Shown piece by piece: positions 1 through 19,545 of a stretch of 64,000 bases of DNA; positions within the stretch are counted from its first letter, which is position 1; every line of letters begins with the position of its first letter. The translations under genes were made by a program, and so were the position numbers. The notes beneath the pieces were generated by a model. The model was not told where the DNA came from, searched no databases, and saw only the letters and a program-made list of their open reading frames with translations. Source of the DNA: Stylophora pistillata (lineage: Eukaryota); NCBI RefSeq assembly GCF_002571385.2, contig NW_019218560.1:31257-95256 (forward strand). Reading direction: 5' to 3'.

Positions 1-167
1 ACTCCTTATTTTTTCATTGTTGCTCACCCCCTTAGTAAAAATTTCTTTCTCTTGCCAGCCTTCTGCTTCCATTAAAATCAAAGATGACCGTCATAATTTT
101 CTCTAACAAAACACTGAGCACTCGCTCACCAATTTTACACCTGCAAGCTAATCAGATACAAACTCAC

Positions 168-3100
168 CTGACCCTTGTGAAAATAATTGGGCAGGTACTT
201 CATGGCATTTGTCCTGATAACATGAACATTCTGGTATTGCCCTGGATTTGCTTCTCTTAATGCCATCACTCTATCACTCACATAGTCACTGACCTAAATA
301 AAGTTGTTGCAAGGCAGCATTATCCAAAGTCCAAGTGATGCACGGAAATAAGAATCCTAACACAGGTGAGCTGTGGTTACTCAGAGAAACATATCTACTC
401 ACATAGTCACTGACCTAGGTAAAGGTACTATTTGGTAGCATTATCCAAAGCCCAAGTGATGTACAGAAATAGAAATCCTAACACAGGTAAGCTGTGGTTA
501 CTCAGGGAAACATATCTACTCACAAAGTCACTGACCTAGGAAAAGGTGTTATTTGGTAGCATTATCCAAAGCCCAAGTGATGTACAGAAATAGAAATCCT
601 AACACAGGTAAGCTGTGGTTACTCAGGGAAACATATCTACTCACAAAGTCACTGACCAAGGAAAAGGTGTTATTTGGTAGCATTATCCATAGTGCAAGTG
701 ATGCACAGAAATTAGAATCCTAGCACAGGTAAGCTGTTGTTACTCAGGGATATATATCCATCTGTCTTTCTTTTTTTCCCATTATTTGGTAAGTGTTAAC
801 ACCCTCAAAAATTTCTTTTGGGATGTGACATTATAATTTCACCTTTGTTTATTCAGGTCATCAAAAGCACATCATCCAATAATCAATTAAAATATTTATA
901 ACTGCTCTGTTGATTCATCAAACAATGCTTTTAATACACAATAAAAATGATGTTTCTCACACCATACCTATTCATAAGAACAATTCCTTAAAGTCCCTAT
1001 TCACCCTCAGAGGTTTATATATATTTCGATTCTTTGTGTTATCAGGATTAATCTCCAAAAAAAATTTTTTTTGATTGATTAAATATTTCCCGAGATATGC
1101 CACCTCAAAGTTCATCCTTTGGCCATGCCCTTTTGAATTGGCCTGGCTAAGTTAATACTGGTAACTAAAAGTCCCTCATGACGTCACAGCAAGAATGTCT
1201 AAGTTCGATTGATGCGCCTACATTCACTTGAATATGCCTTTAGACGAATCTGGTGTATTTGAGCAACCAGCGACCATGCCACGAGTTGGCATTTTCACAT
1301 CATTTTACAGCAATAGACACATGTTCTTAGAAAAGAAGTTAACATTCGTTCTTGTTGTGAGGTCACTCGGCCCAGTAATTCTCTCCCGGCCAAGTCAAAA
1401 GGGCACAGCCAAAAGAGTAACTTTGAGGCGGCATATCTCGGGAAATATTTTATCAATCGCAAAAATTTTTTTTGAAGATTAATCCTGATAATGCAAAGAA
1501 TCGAAATATATATAAACCTCTGAGGCTGAATAGGGACTTTAAAACAGTCACTTCTCTTTAAAGGCAAGTTTGATAGGCAAGTTGGTATAACATAAATGCC
1601 CCTAAGAGCAGTTTTAGCTCTAAAATACACTGTGCAAGTTCAGAATAAAAAAAATCTCTTAAAAAACCTTTGATTCCCACCTTCAGTCTTATTTCCATTC
1701 CAACCATTAGTGTATCTGGAAACATGGGAGATAAATCCACTACAAAAACAAGAAAGTATTACAAAAATATCAATGAGACTTGATAGATCTCCTAAAGACT
1801 GCTCTGAAATATAACTGTCTAAGGTTGTTACTGTAGATTTCAGATGCATTGGCAACACCAACAACCTTTTGTTTGTTTATAATATTAAACAAATCCATAT
1901 TGCTGTGGGCCTGTACTGTTATAGATTGCCAAAGACATCAAAATGTTATAACAACAGCAGTGGCACACTAGACTGAGCATTATGTGCCACTCTTTTGTTC
2001 TTAACACATTTTGGCATCATCTATGATCTATTACAGAAAAGACAAATGGCAGCATGGACTCTATTTGTTAAAGTGATCATATTAACCTAATAAGCCACCA
2101 TATCCACATCCAATGTCTGCAAATTCAACTCTTGAGGTTTTCCTGACTGCATGTGCTCCATTATCACCTTTTTCATGAAAGAAAGCCGGAAATAGAGCTC
2201 TCCAATCCATTGCATCTGGAGATACAGGACTGTAAGAAGACCAAAACCCATCAAATTCAATATTCAGGAAATGAAGCATACAGTTGTATTAATTAATTAG
2301 CCAAAATCAAGATACTTTATACTGCTTCAAAATATGTTTGGCATAACATGTGAAGGAAACTAAGCGTGTGGAATAATAAGCTGCAAAAGGCTTACTGTGA
2401 TTAATTAGCAAAACAAACTGAAATAAAAATCTGTAAATTGCAAAATGAACCCAAAATCAATGAAAATCTGTAATTTGCATAAATGGAATCTTGCCTGTTT
2501 TGTTAGCAAATATATAGTAAGCACTGTGAGACCACATAATTCCCATAAAGAAACATTAAGATTTGAGGTCTTTCATTTTTTATCCACAAATTACTGTTCA
2601 TAGATTTGGTTAATTAACTCTTTACTCAAAGATAGAAGACAAATTGCAGTGGTTCTCCAGTAAGGAAAAGGTAATGGCGAACAAACTCATATTTTGTCCC
2701 CACCAAAATAATACACCCCCCTCCTGACGCTACAGGATAGCCTAACACTTATCTGGGAAAGATTTCCGTATAACCCCATACCAATCAAAAACAAAGCCGT
2801 AGTCCCAAAGGAAATCTGTTGTTTTGCCTCTGCTTTCCATTTATCCAAGAACTGAATGCATAATGAAGTATGAGGTTATACGGAAATCTTGCCCTTATCT
2901 GCATCGCACGGAATGAAAATAGTTACTACTGTTATTGTTGTAGACGGGTCCGCACCTAGATATTTAAAACTTAATTATTAAGTACCCCTTCCACATGCCA
3001 TGTAACGTACTAAATAAAATTAGTGATAAAAAATTGGCTCGGTATCCGGCATCTATTCTGACTTTACTTTTTCTCGAAAAATTGATCATCGTAACTCTCT

Positions 3101-3194
3101 CGATATTTTATACTCACTATTCAAGAGTGTGATCGGCCATGGGATTTGCATGAGCTCTTTGCCGGTAATACTTCTTCTGCGGAAGTGCCGCCAT
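168..3194 (-). CDS. METTL1: tRNA (guanine-N7)-methyltransferase, first 4 coding exons (3118-3194, 2087-2229, 1681-1739, 168-293); 3' part lies outside the window
   Basis: Spliced translation [35 protein letters not shown]...[39 protein letters not shown]...[14 protein letters not shown] carries the Trm8 motifs RQRAHx[10 protein letters not shown], EIRxKV and NAMKYLPN; all junctions are GT-AG and in phase. Confidence 0.97.
276..759. repeat. 121-bp tandem repeat, about 4 units, overlapping the METTL1 exon-4 acceptor
   Basis: Units start at 276, 397, 518 and 639 (actcac[a/t]agtcactgacc...); high identity between units. Confidence 0.95.
992..1538. mobile_element. Non-autonomous DNA transposon (MITE) with ~160-bp TIRs and TTAA TSD, Kolobok-like
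   Basis: TTAA(988-991)-AGTCCCTATTCA...TGAATAGGGACT-TTAA(1539-1542); arms at about 992-1150 and 1385-1538 are reverse complements. AG...CT termini with TTAA fit Kolobok better than piggyBac. Confidence 0.8.
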
Positions 3195-3299
3195 CTTTGA
3201 TCATCAAAACACTTGTCTCCCACAATCCATTGCAAAGTAAACAAAACAAAACAAAGAAACCATAGTACTTTGCAGTTTTTACGTGTTTCTAAATCCAAC
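3195..3299. promoter_or_regulatory. Very short bidirectional promoter region, METTL1/YIPF3
   Basis: Divergent ATGs at 3194 (-) and 3300 (+); both sit in YY1-like contexts (AAGATGGCGG, AACATGGCG); locally CpG-rich. Confidence 0.75.
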
Positions 3300-12180
<8,881 letters not shown>

Positions 12181-14030
12181 AAGGGAGCTGACATTGCAAG
12201 AAATAAAAGAAGATTTTACTGCAAACACCATAATTGTGGGGCAGGCAATGGTGGTGGATGCAGTATTTTATCTACAATAAATTCCTGCCATTTAAATTCT
12301 CTTTTCAAGACCTAAAGTAGCAAGCTAGGTCTTGAAGGGTACATTTGGTTATTAGGTGGGTAGACCAGACTATATGTTCGTTAATTCTGAGTGCCATCAC
12401 ATTGTTCCAAAAAAATGCTAATGAAAAGTTAATGTAAAGTAGAATCAAAGTATAAGACATACTGTAAAGGTAAAATAATTAATGTCAACAACCTGTTGTT
12501 GTCTCTGGCCTCAAGTTCCCCAGAAGTGGAAACCTTGGAGGAAAAACAAAAGTAGTTTTTCACAGAGGCAGATAACTAAAATAAATGTCTTCTGCTTTGA
12601 CTCTTTCACTCTCAAGATCTCTTTAGTAATTTTCCTAACTGTCTGCCATACAGTTCTTTTTATGCTAATTTAGAGAATTTGGCATTGGATCAACTGATAT
12701 TTTAATGTTTTTTCTTTATTCTTATCACTGATCTGCTTGATATTTTATTGATATTGTGAGAAGAAATTCGATCTTGGTCAACAATGGGAGTTTAAAGGTC
12801 AGTCTAAGATTTGGACAAAGTGGCTGCTCTTCTACACCACTGAATAGTACATTGTAGCTTGAAATATGGCTGATTTAATGAAAGGAAGATATTGTAGCTC
12901 AGGCAGATGTTTTAAGCAATCACTGTATTGTGGCATTTTACAAAATGCCAGCTGGTATCAGGGAGTTGAAAAAAAAAAAAAATTCATACCAGTCAACCTG
13001 TAGCATTTAGTTTGCATTTCTTATTCACCATTAATTGCATTTTTTACTAAAAAGTACACTTTCTAAATATGCTTGTAGGGGATTTTGGATGAGGAGAGTT
13101 GAAGTAAATAATGGTAATACAAAAATGTGCAATCTGCTGAAGGCAGAATTGGGGGACTAGTGGAAATTGAGAAATAGACAATAATAATTATAGCAATATT
13201 AAAATCAGTATTGTTCACCAAAGTGGAGGTGACTAGTGGTGAATATTTACCGAGGTACAAAGCAGTGAGGTTAATTTTAACCACTTTCATCAACACAGGT
13301 GTAAATAATTGTTTAATTAGTATGTACACACAGAAACCAAAAAATTAGTTTATTTCTGGCAATTTAGCAAAAAACGGTCGGAAATTAAAGTGCTGGTGTA
13401 TGATTTTGTCTCTTTGGCTTCTCAGTGGTGGACAGTAATTGATATTCACTTCTGAACCAGCAAATCAACATGTGCAGAAAGCATTATTCGCCTGTGTGGT
13501 ATATACTAATAGTGATTGTTATCATTAAGAACCAGATGGTGTGCATGGTATTTGTCCCTTGGTATTTTCATGTTTTGGTTTAAAATGTAATTTAAACTTA
13601 ACAAATAGTTTATACTGTTACAAAATTTACAGTTTACAAAGTTGTACAGTGCAGATTACCAAATGAATATTTATTAAAATGTAAAGAAAATATTCCTAGT
13701 TTTGGTTACCTAACTGAAGTTGAATGGTGTTCTTCATGCATTTAACTGATTTTGTTTGCAGGACTGACAAATGGAATTTAAAGGTTTTGTTTCTGAGTCT
13801 CAGAGAACAAGTTCTTTTTCATTTGATTTTAGTGTTATTTACAACACCTGTCCCTGGAAAACATAAATTGAAATAAATTTACAAATGAACTAACATTACC
13901 AAGAGTAAACTACTAACAATGCACTAATCATTAGCTAATGAACTACCTATTAGTTTACAACGTTACTTGGTGTTTTCTTTGACATCAACCAATCCTAACA
14001 ATTGGGTGACATTAAAACCTGAAGAAACAT

Positions 14031-14947
14031 TTAATGGTCATTCCAAATTTCCCTGACGACTCTTTGAGGCAGGGGAAGTTGTTTGGCATTCTGTGGCGAA
14101 ACGGTCTTCTTCACTAAGTCTTTACAGTTTTCCTGAAGAGTATATGGCACTGCAACAAAGTGCAAAAATACGCATTCAGACTGACTTAAATTCTTTCCAT
14201 TTTACACTTTTCGGTCAGATTTTGCTATGGGCTAGAGGAAAAATTTTAACCCCGTCAAACCATTTGACTAAGAAGTATGGAAGCCTTTAGTGTAGTAGGA
14301 AGTGACATGGACTACTTATAAAGTTCCTCTGATATTTCATTTAATTGCCATCCTCTGCACATAACTCAAAGCAATTTGTTTTTACTTGAATGTACACTTC
14401 ATCAGTCATGTTTAAGAAATTCAGAGTTTCTCTGTATCGCTATTGGGTCATTCCATTGTGAACCTGAAATCCCCCTCCTGTCTGTGGTAGGTTATATGTT
14501 TCAAAGCCGATAGAATTTGCAATTTTCAGATGGGGATGTCAGGATTTGAGATTCCGACAAAAAATGGAATTTTTCGATCCTAATTTCGGTTTCTTCCCAC
14601 TCACCGGCTGAAGTGATGACGACTTCTCTACTAACAATCTCCATCATCTCTCCATCATGCATTTCTCGATATTCGGGGGCTAAAGGATAATAGATCTTTT
14701 CAAAGTTCAATAACATTGGCTGGTTCGTTTGTTCGTCAACTGCAATCCAGGGATGAGTAACGTAAGTGTTCACATCGTAAAAACCGTTTGAGGGTTCAAG
14801 TGTAGAATAAAAAACCTGGCTTCCCTGATAGTCGAGCCAAAAAACTTTAACTCGACTTCTTGAATGATTGGTGAACCTCACTGGCGTACCAGTTCTCGAG
14901 TGTACAGATCTCGGAGAAGCATTTGCAGAGGATTCTGTAACCTCCAT
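14031..14947 (-). CDS. VHL: von Hippel-Lindau tumour suppressor homolog; exons 14605-14947 and 14031-14149 (about 153 aa)
   Basis: Beta domain VRFTNHSRSRVKVFWLDYQG...YDVNTYVTHPWIAVD; exon 2 gives the BC-box/alpha domain VPYTLQENCKDLVKKTVSPQNAKQLPLPQRVVREIW. Confidence 0.93.
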
Positions 14948-15372
14948 CTTGGTTTACGATAACTTTAACGTTCATGTATGATACCACAGATCGTCCCTGG
15001 CTCAGAGGACAGGTCTCTAAAGTCAGTCACTTGACTTCCGTTTGATAATCTTTGAAGACAAAATTCTAAGCCGCAATTTCCGGGCGCACTCTTTTCTGCT
15101 AGTCGATACAAAATAACAGACTACAAAATCAAGAGAACTTAAAAAGTCGTGTTTTTATTGGGTATTCATTTTCGTAGGGGTTCTTCGTTTTCGTAAGGGT
15201 CTTAGGTCTTCGTTTTCGGGGTCTTCGTTTTCGAAACTACCCTCCGGAAGTCAACGTAAAGAGGCAGATGAGAGGCCACCCTGGACAGATCTATGTTGTA
15301 CTCTCTTGGGAGGGAGGGAGACAGAAAAGTCTCATGGTATCACGGTACCCTGTTCAGAACTCAGTGGCAAGT
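14948..15372. promoter_or_regulatory. Probable bidirectional promoter between VHL and the orphan membrane-protein gene
   Basis: Divergent genes; CpG-rich; ETS-like CCGGAAGT at about 15244 and ACTTCCG at about 15034. Confidence 0.6.
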
Positions 15373-17781
15373 ATGGCTCAATTTTGGAGGCTACGGAACT
15401 TTCTCTATGGATTTATCCTTTGGTTGTGTATTTACTATGCCTCTTTTGCGAGTGGTAGGCTAATAAGAAAAGCAGAAGCCCGAACAAATGTTTCGTCTTC
15501 AAACTTGACCTTGCAAGAATTGGACCGAGAAATGGACGTGTTGGAACAATGCAAAAGTTTGAAATGCTCGTTCACCATCGATGAAAAATATTGCAAGAAA
15601 TTCAAGGAGTACGTATACAAAGAAAAAGCACTGGCTATTTTCATTTTCACAGACATTGGAAATTCGACAAGTGACGAAGAAACCACAGGGAAGGCCTTAG
15701 ACGAGAGTGAAGTCTCAAGAGTGGTGAACAAATCATCTCATGACATTCACGTGAAGCAAAAGTGGGCATGGCTGAGAGACGCGCATGGAAAGTTTCTCGC
15801 AACATTACCTTACGACTTCGATATTCTCTCCCTCTCCACGTTAAAAAAGGATGCGTTTAGTATAACTTCTTTTAAACTTACCACGAGGCCTGAGAACTGC
15901 TATGCAAACATGTCTGAAACTTGTCTACTAAGTTTTCTTGCGAAAACCATCTATGATTGTCTTGGAAACAGTTCTGGCAGTCTCTGTAAGAGAATGGAAC
16001 AATATCGACAATATAACTGTTGTGAAAAAATAGACAATGTATATATGTGTGATAAACCCCTGGTGGACAATCAGTGGATTGAAATTGCCATCAGATTTCT
16101 CTGGGCTTGCTCAATTGGATTTGGCCTGTTTGCTCCTCTTTTGTTAAAATACTTTCCCAAAGAGTTTAAAAAAGGTCGTAGAATAAGGCCGCAGAGGTCA
16201 CTGTTCAGAAGAAGTGAATCTGATAAAATGGAAGCTGAAACCTTATCAGTGGATGCATTAGCATTGGGTAAACGGCCATTGATGTTCACTCTAGATGACG
16301 GAATGTTAGATGTGCTTCGCACTGAAACAGAGTCTGTGCTTTTCTCCAGATTGAGTCGTTGTCTCTTTGTTATCTTGCTGAGTTCTTTGCCTTTACTGCA
16401 AGGTTTCATATACGCATATTTAAAGGAGGGGGATGTGGGAGTTGCAACTGAACCACTGCTTGGGGTTGGAGATGCATTCATCACTTTGATGGAACCAGGT
16501 GGAAAAATTGCACTGAGTACTGCATATGGGTTTTGCATTCTGGTAACCTGCATTGCAGTTGCAATCCCTAGAACTTTGTCTGATTGTGCAAGGCGGCTCT
16601 CTGGAAGGAGAGATGAACGCACATTCCTTGGTTTTAAGAAACCTGATGAGATTATTAGTAACTCAGACAAGAGAGGGTTCCAGCTGATGTACGAGAACAT
16701 GGTCTTTCATCTATACTGTCTACTTAAATTACAATTTTGGAAGTTTATACTCCTGGTGATGATCTATCCTCTACTAAAACTCTGTAACGTTGCTGCCTTT
16801 GATGAAGACCAGGCAGAGTCAAATGAAAGTGTGGAACAATTGGACGAGGAAGAAAAATGTCAACTATGCTCAAAAATTTGTAAGATAGTGCTAACATTGT
16901 TAATGTTTCCCTTTTGGGCCATCACAATTGCCACAGCGTTCCTTCTGTATATTTTCCCAGTTACTTATGTTGGTTTTCGCATCTGGAAAATGCTGTTCAG
17001 ATTTGAAATAGAATCGCCATGCTGTCAGTCCATCCCCGCGTTCGTGAGGATAACAACTTTTCCAGTGTTATACATCCTGTTTATTGTGTTCTGCATGTGT
17101 GTGGAAGCCTCTTATTACATGTTAGCAGTTGTCCTGACATTCAACATCATGTTTCTGGGAAGTGTTGTTGGATTTACAATAATTGGGCTTCTGTTTTACA
17201 TTGAGTATTTCTTCCCTTACATTGTTCTCAGTTTGTGGGTTATTTTATACATTCTTAGAGGAACAAACAAATATTATGCTCAGTTTACCAACTTAAAGAC
17301 CATTGTCTTTGAAGAGTGCGAAAAATTTGACGAAGAGACCAGGAAGGAAACCAGCATCCGTGAAACTTTTAGTGGTCCGCCCCCAGATAGAAGATCTCCA
17401 TCACTTTCTTCCCTTCCAGCGAGCAAGTCAACTTCAGCAATCTTCCTTATCACAGTGGATGATTATGGAGTTCCCAGCATCCCACTAGAGATCTTTCTTG
17501 CATCCTCTAAAAAACTAATGCCTTTCAAGCGTATTATACTGGCAAAGCTTTTAAAGGTGATTGCACTGGGAAGTTACCTTGTAGTGATATTCTTGTTTGT
17601 TATGTCATTAATGGAATTTAAAACTGTGAATCCCATAGTGCAAGGACTAGCACTGTTATTTCTTGGTGGACTACCCCTGTTGGTTCAGCAAAGCCCACAT
17701 CATAAAATAGAGGCTGAAGAAATTAGAGCAAGGTTTTATGTCAAGGATTTCATCAAACAGTACACAAAGAGGGCTTTGTAA
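15373..17781 (+). CDS. Intronless ~800-aa multi-pass membrane protein (signal anchor, Cys-rich ectodomain, about 9-11 TM segments), family unrecognised
   Basis: Uninterrupted 2.5-kb ORF (track start 15268; likely start MAQFW at 15373 ahead of a hydrophobic signal segment); many hydrophobic helices. Confidence 0.85.
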   Translation: MAQFWRLRNFLYGFILWLCIYYASFASGRLIRKAEARTNVSSSNLTLQELDREMDVLEQCKSLKCSFTIDEKYCKKFKEYVYKEKALAIFIFTDIGNSTSDEETTGKALDESEVSRVVNKSSHDIHVKQKWAWLRDAHGKFLATLPYDFDILSLSTLKKDAFSITSFKLTTRPENCYANMSETCLLSFLAKTIYDCLGNSSGSLCKRMEQYRQYNCCEKIDNVYMCDKPLVDNQWIEIAIRFLWACSIGFGLFAPLLLKYFPKEFKKGRRIRPQRSLFRRSESDKMEAETLSVDALALGKRPLMFTLDDGMLDVLRTETESVLFSRLSRCLFVILLSSLPLLQGFIYAYLKEGDVGVATEPLLGVGDAFITLMEPGGKIALSTAYGFCILVTCIAVAIPRTLSDCARRLSGRRDERTFLGFKKPDEIISNSDKRGFQLMYENMVFHLYCLLKLQFWKFILLVMIYPLLKLCNVAAFDEDQAESNESVEQLDEEEKCQLCSKICKIVLTLLMFPFWAITIATAFLLYIFPVTYVGFRIWKMLFRFEIESPCCQSIPAFVRITTFPVLYILFIVFCMCVEASYYMLAVVLTFNIMFLGSVVGFTIIGLLFYIEYFFPYIVLSLWVILYILRGTNKYYAQFTNLKTIVFEECEKFDEETRKETSIRETFSGPPPDRRSPSLSSLPASKSTSAIFLITVDDYGVPSIPLEIFLASSKKLMPFKRIILAKLLKVIALGSYLVVIFLFVMSLMEFKTVNPIVQGLALLFLGGLPLLVQQSPHHKIEAEEIRARFYVKDFIKQYTKRAL

Positions 17782-18219
17782 GTTTTTCTTAGTTACTTTG
17801 CAGTAGAAAAGTTTTTAACTGCTTCAATACAAAGATTTAAATATCAATTGTCTGTTCTGTTTACTAAAATTTTAGTATTAATTTGTTGATTCTGAGAATT
17901 GCCTGGGAAATTGTAAATTCTCACTTAAATGATATTTTTCTTTCCTCTCATTACCTTTCTACTTGAAAATGTCATAGTACTGTTATGAGAAGTTCCATTT
18001 TGGTCACTCTAGATGGGTGAAAGGGTTAAATAAGTCAAAAGTAATGTGATACTTCATTGCATTGCCCTGTGATTTTTCCAGGAAACTCAGAGATTAACAG
18101 AGATAAAACAATTGTGACTTGCATGGCCACTCCCATTTTTGTGTTCTCCATGCAGTTTTCTTGTGTTTACTTTGAGTTTTCATTGGCCTCCTGTCATATT
18201 CTTTTTTAGGACACTCATT

Positions 18220-18547
18220 CAAGGGCGTAGCCAGGGGGGGTCCTGGGGTGCCCGTGATCCCCCCTCCGTAGGCCTTCTTTAGAGCAAACAACCTACAATA
18301 TTCAGGTGGTGAAAACACCATGACAATATCTTGGCCATAAGAACCATTGTTGAAAAGCCCACTTTTTTAAAATTTGTTTTTTTTGTAAAGTATTTTCATC
18401 AACAGCTCTTGTATTTAGTTAATATGGGCCTTCATGCCGAGATAATATGACTGAGCCCGCTGATACACGCGGGAGAGCAGCAGTGTAAATGGTGAGTAGC
18501 CTCTGTGACCTCCCCCCTCCCTTTGAAAAATCCTGGCTATGCCCCTG
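18220..18547. mobile_element. MITE with CA(A/G)GGGCGTAGCCAG-type TIRs and 5-bp TSD TCATT (hAT-like)
   Basis: TCATT|CAAGGGCGTAGCCAGG...CCTGGCTATGCCCCTG|TCATT; related decayed element at about 21265-21515. Confidence 0.8.
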
Positions 18548-18810
18548 TCATTCAAAATACTCTCCAACTTATTCAAAAACAGTATAATTTGCTATCTAAC
18601 AATTATTCTATGAGTGCGTGTTGGATATGAGATGATAAAAAGCCAACGAGGCGCATAGTGCCAAGTTGACCATAATCATCTCATATCCAACAAACGCGAG
18701 TGGAACAATTGTTTTATTAAAAATGCTACATTAAATTATTAAATTTTTAGCTCCCTTTTAATTTTAAGCTTATGCATACGCTTACCATATTGTAGTTTAT
18801 GGTATAAAAT

Positions 18811-18843
<33 letters not shown>

Positions 18844-18844
18844 G

Positions 18845-18876
<32 letters not shown>

Positions 18877-19350
18877 ATTTTTAATAAAAGGGGTTAGACA
18901 AGCCTCCCATTACTCCCAGTCATCTTATGGCATGGAAACCAGTTTATCTTTCTCACTCCCAATATCTCATTAGCAATTCTCCTTTTCATTAGTTGCTGTT
19001 GAGAATTTAGTATTGAATTAATAAGCAGGGATAATGGGGCTCCTGATTAAGTGGTTATCCTGTAATGGTTATCTTGTTTGCTTGATCTTGTATAGCTATA
19101 ATTGTAAAAGTAATAGTTTGTGGGTAGTCATCGCGGTAAATAACACTTCAAAAGAGAATTATAACATAACCAAAGTAAAGCAGGGGCTCTGATTGGTCAA
19201 TTCAGTATCCCCCATTTTCCCATGGGTGTACACTGCTGACGTGAGCAAATGCAAAGACTAGTTTTCTGCGCATGCTTGTTTTTTTCTGGTCATGTAAGAT
19301 CTCTTAAATAAAAGGAAACTCTAGCTACAATGTATCAATGTTATGTTATA

Positions 19351-19545
19351 AAACAAATGGTAAACACCACAGCGTACACTATTGAGTTATGGATGCACTT
19401 GGGAGGTTTGCTAAGCACTCAAGAAGCTAGAGTCGCTCTCGGCTATCGCCTCGAGCGACTCTTACACTTCTCTTGTGCTTAGTAACCTCTCACGTGCATC
19501 TATAACTCAATAGTGTATGCTGTGGTGTTTACCATTTGTTAAATA
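19351..19545. mobile_element. ~195-bp palindromic (hairpin) MITE
   Basis: aacaaatggtaaacaccacagc...gctgtggtgtttaccatttgtt; arms pair over most of their length. Confidence 0.8.

Noticed and set aside
276-759. CRISPR-like array
   Set aside because: Whole units are repeated with no unique spacers; eukaryotic intron; no cas genes.
15435-16700. Antisense ORFs (98 and 209 aa)
   Set aside because: Shadow frames of the 837-aa ORF; no independent motifs.
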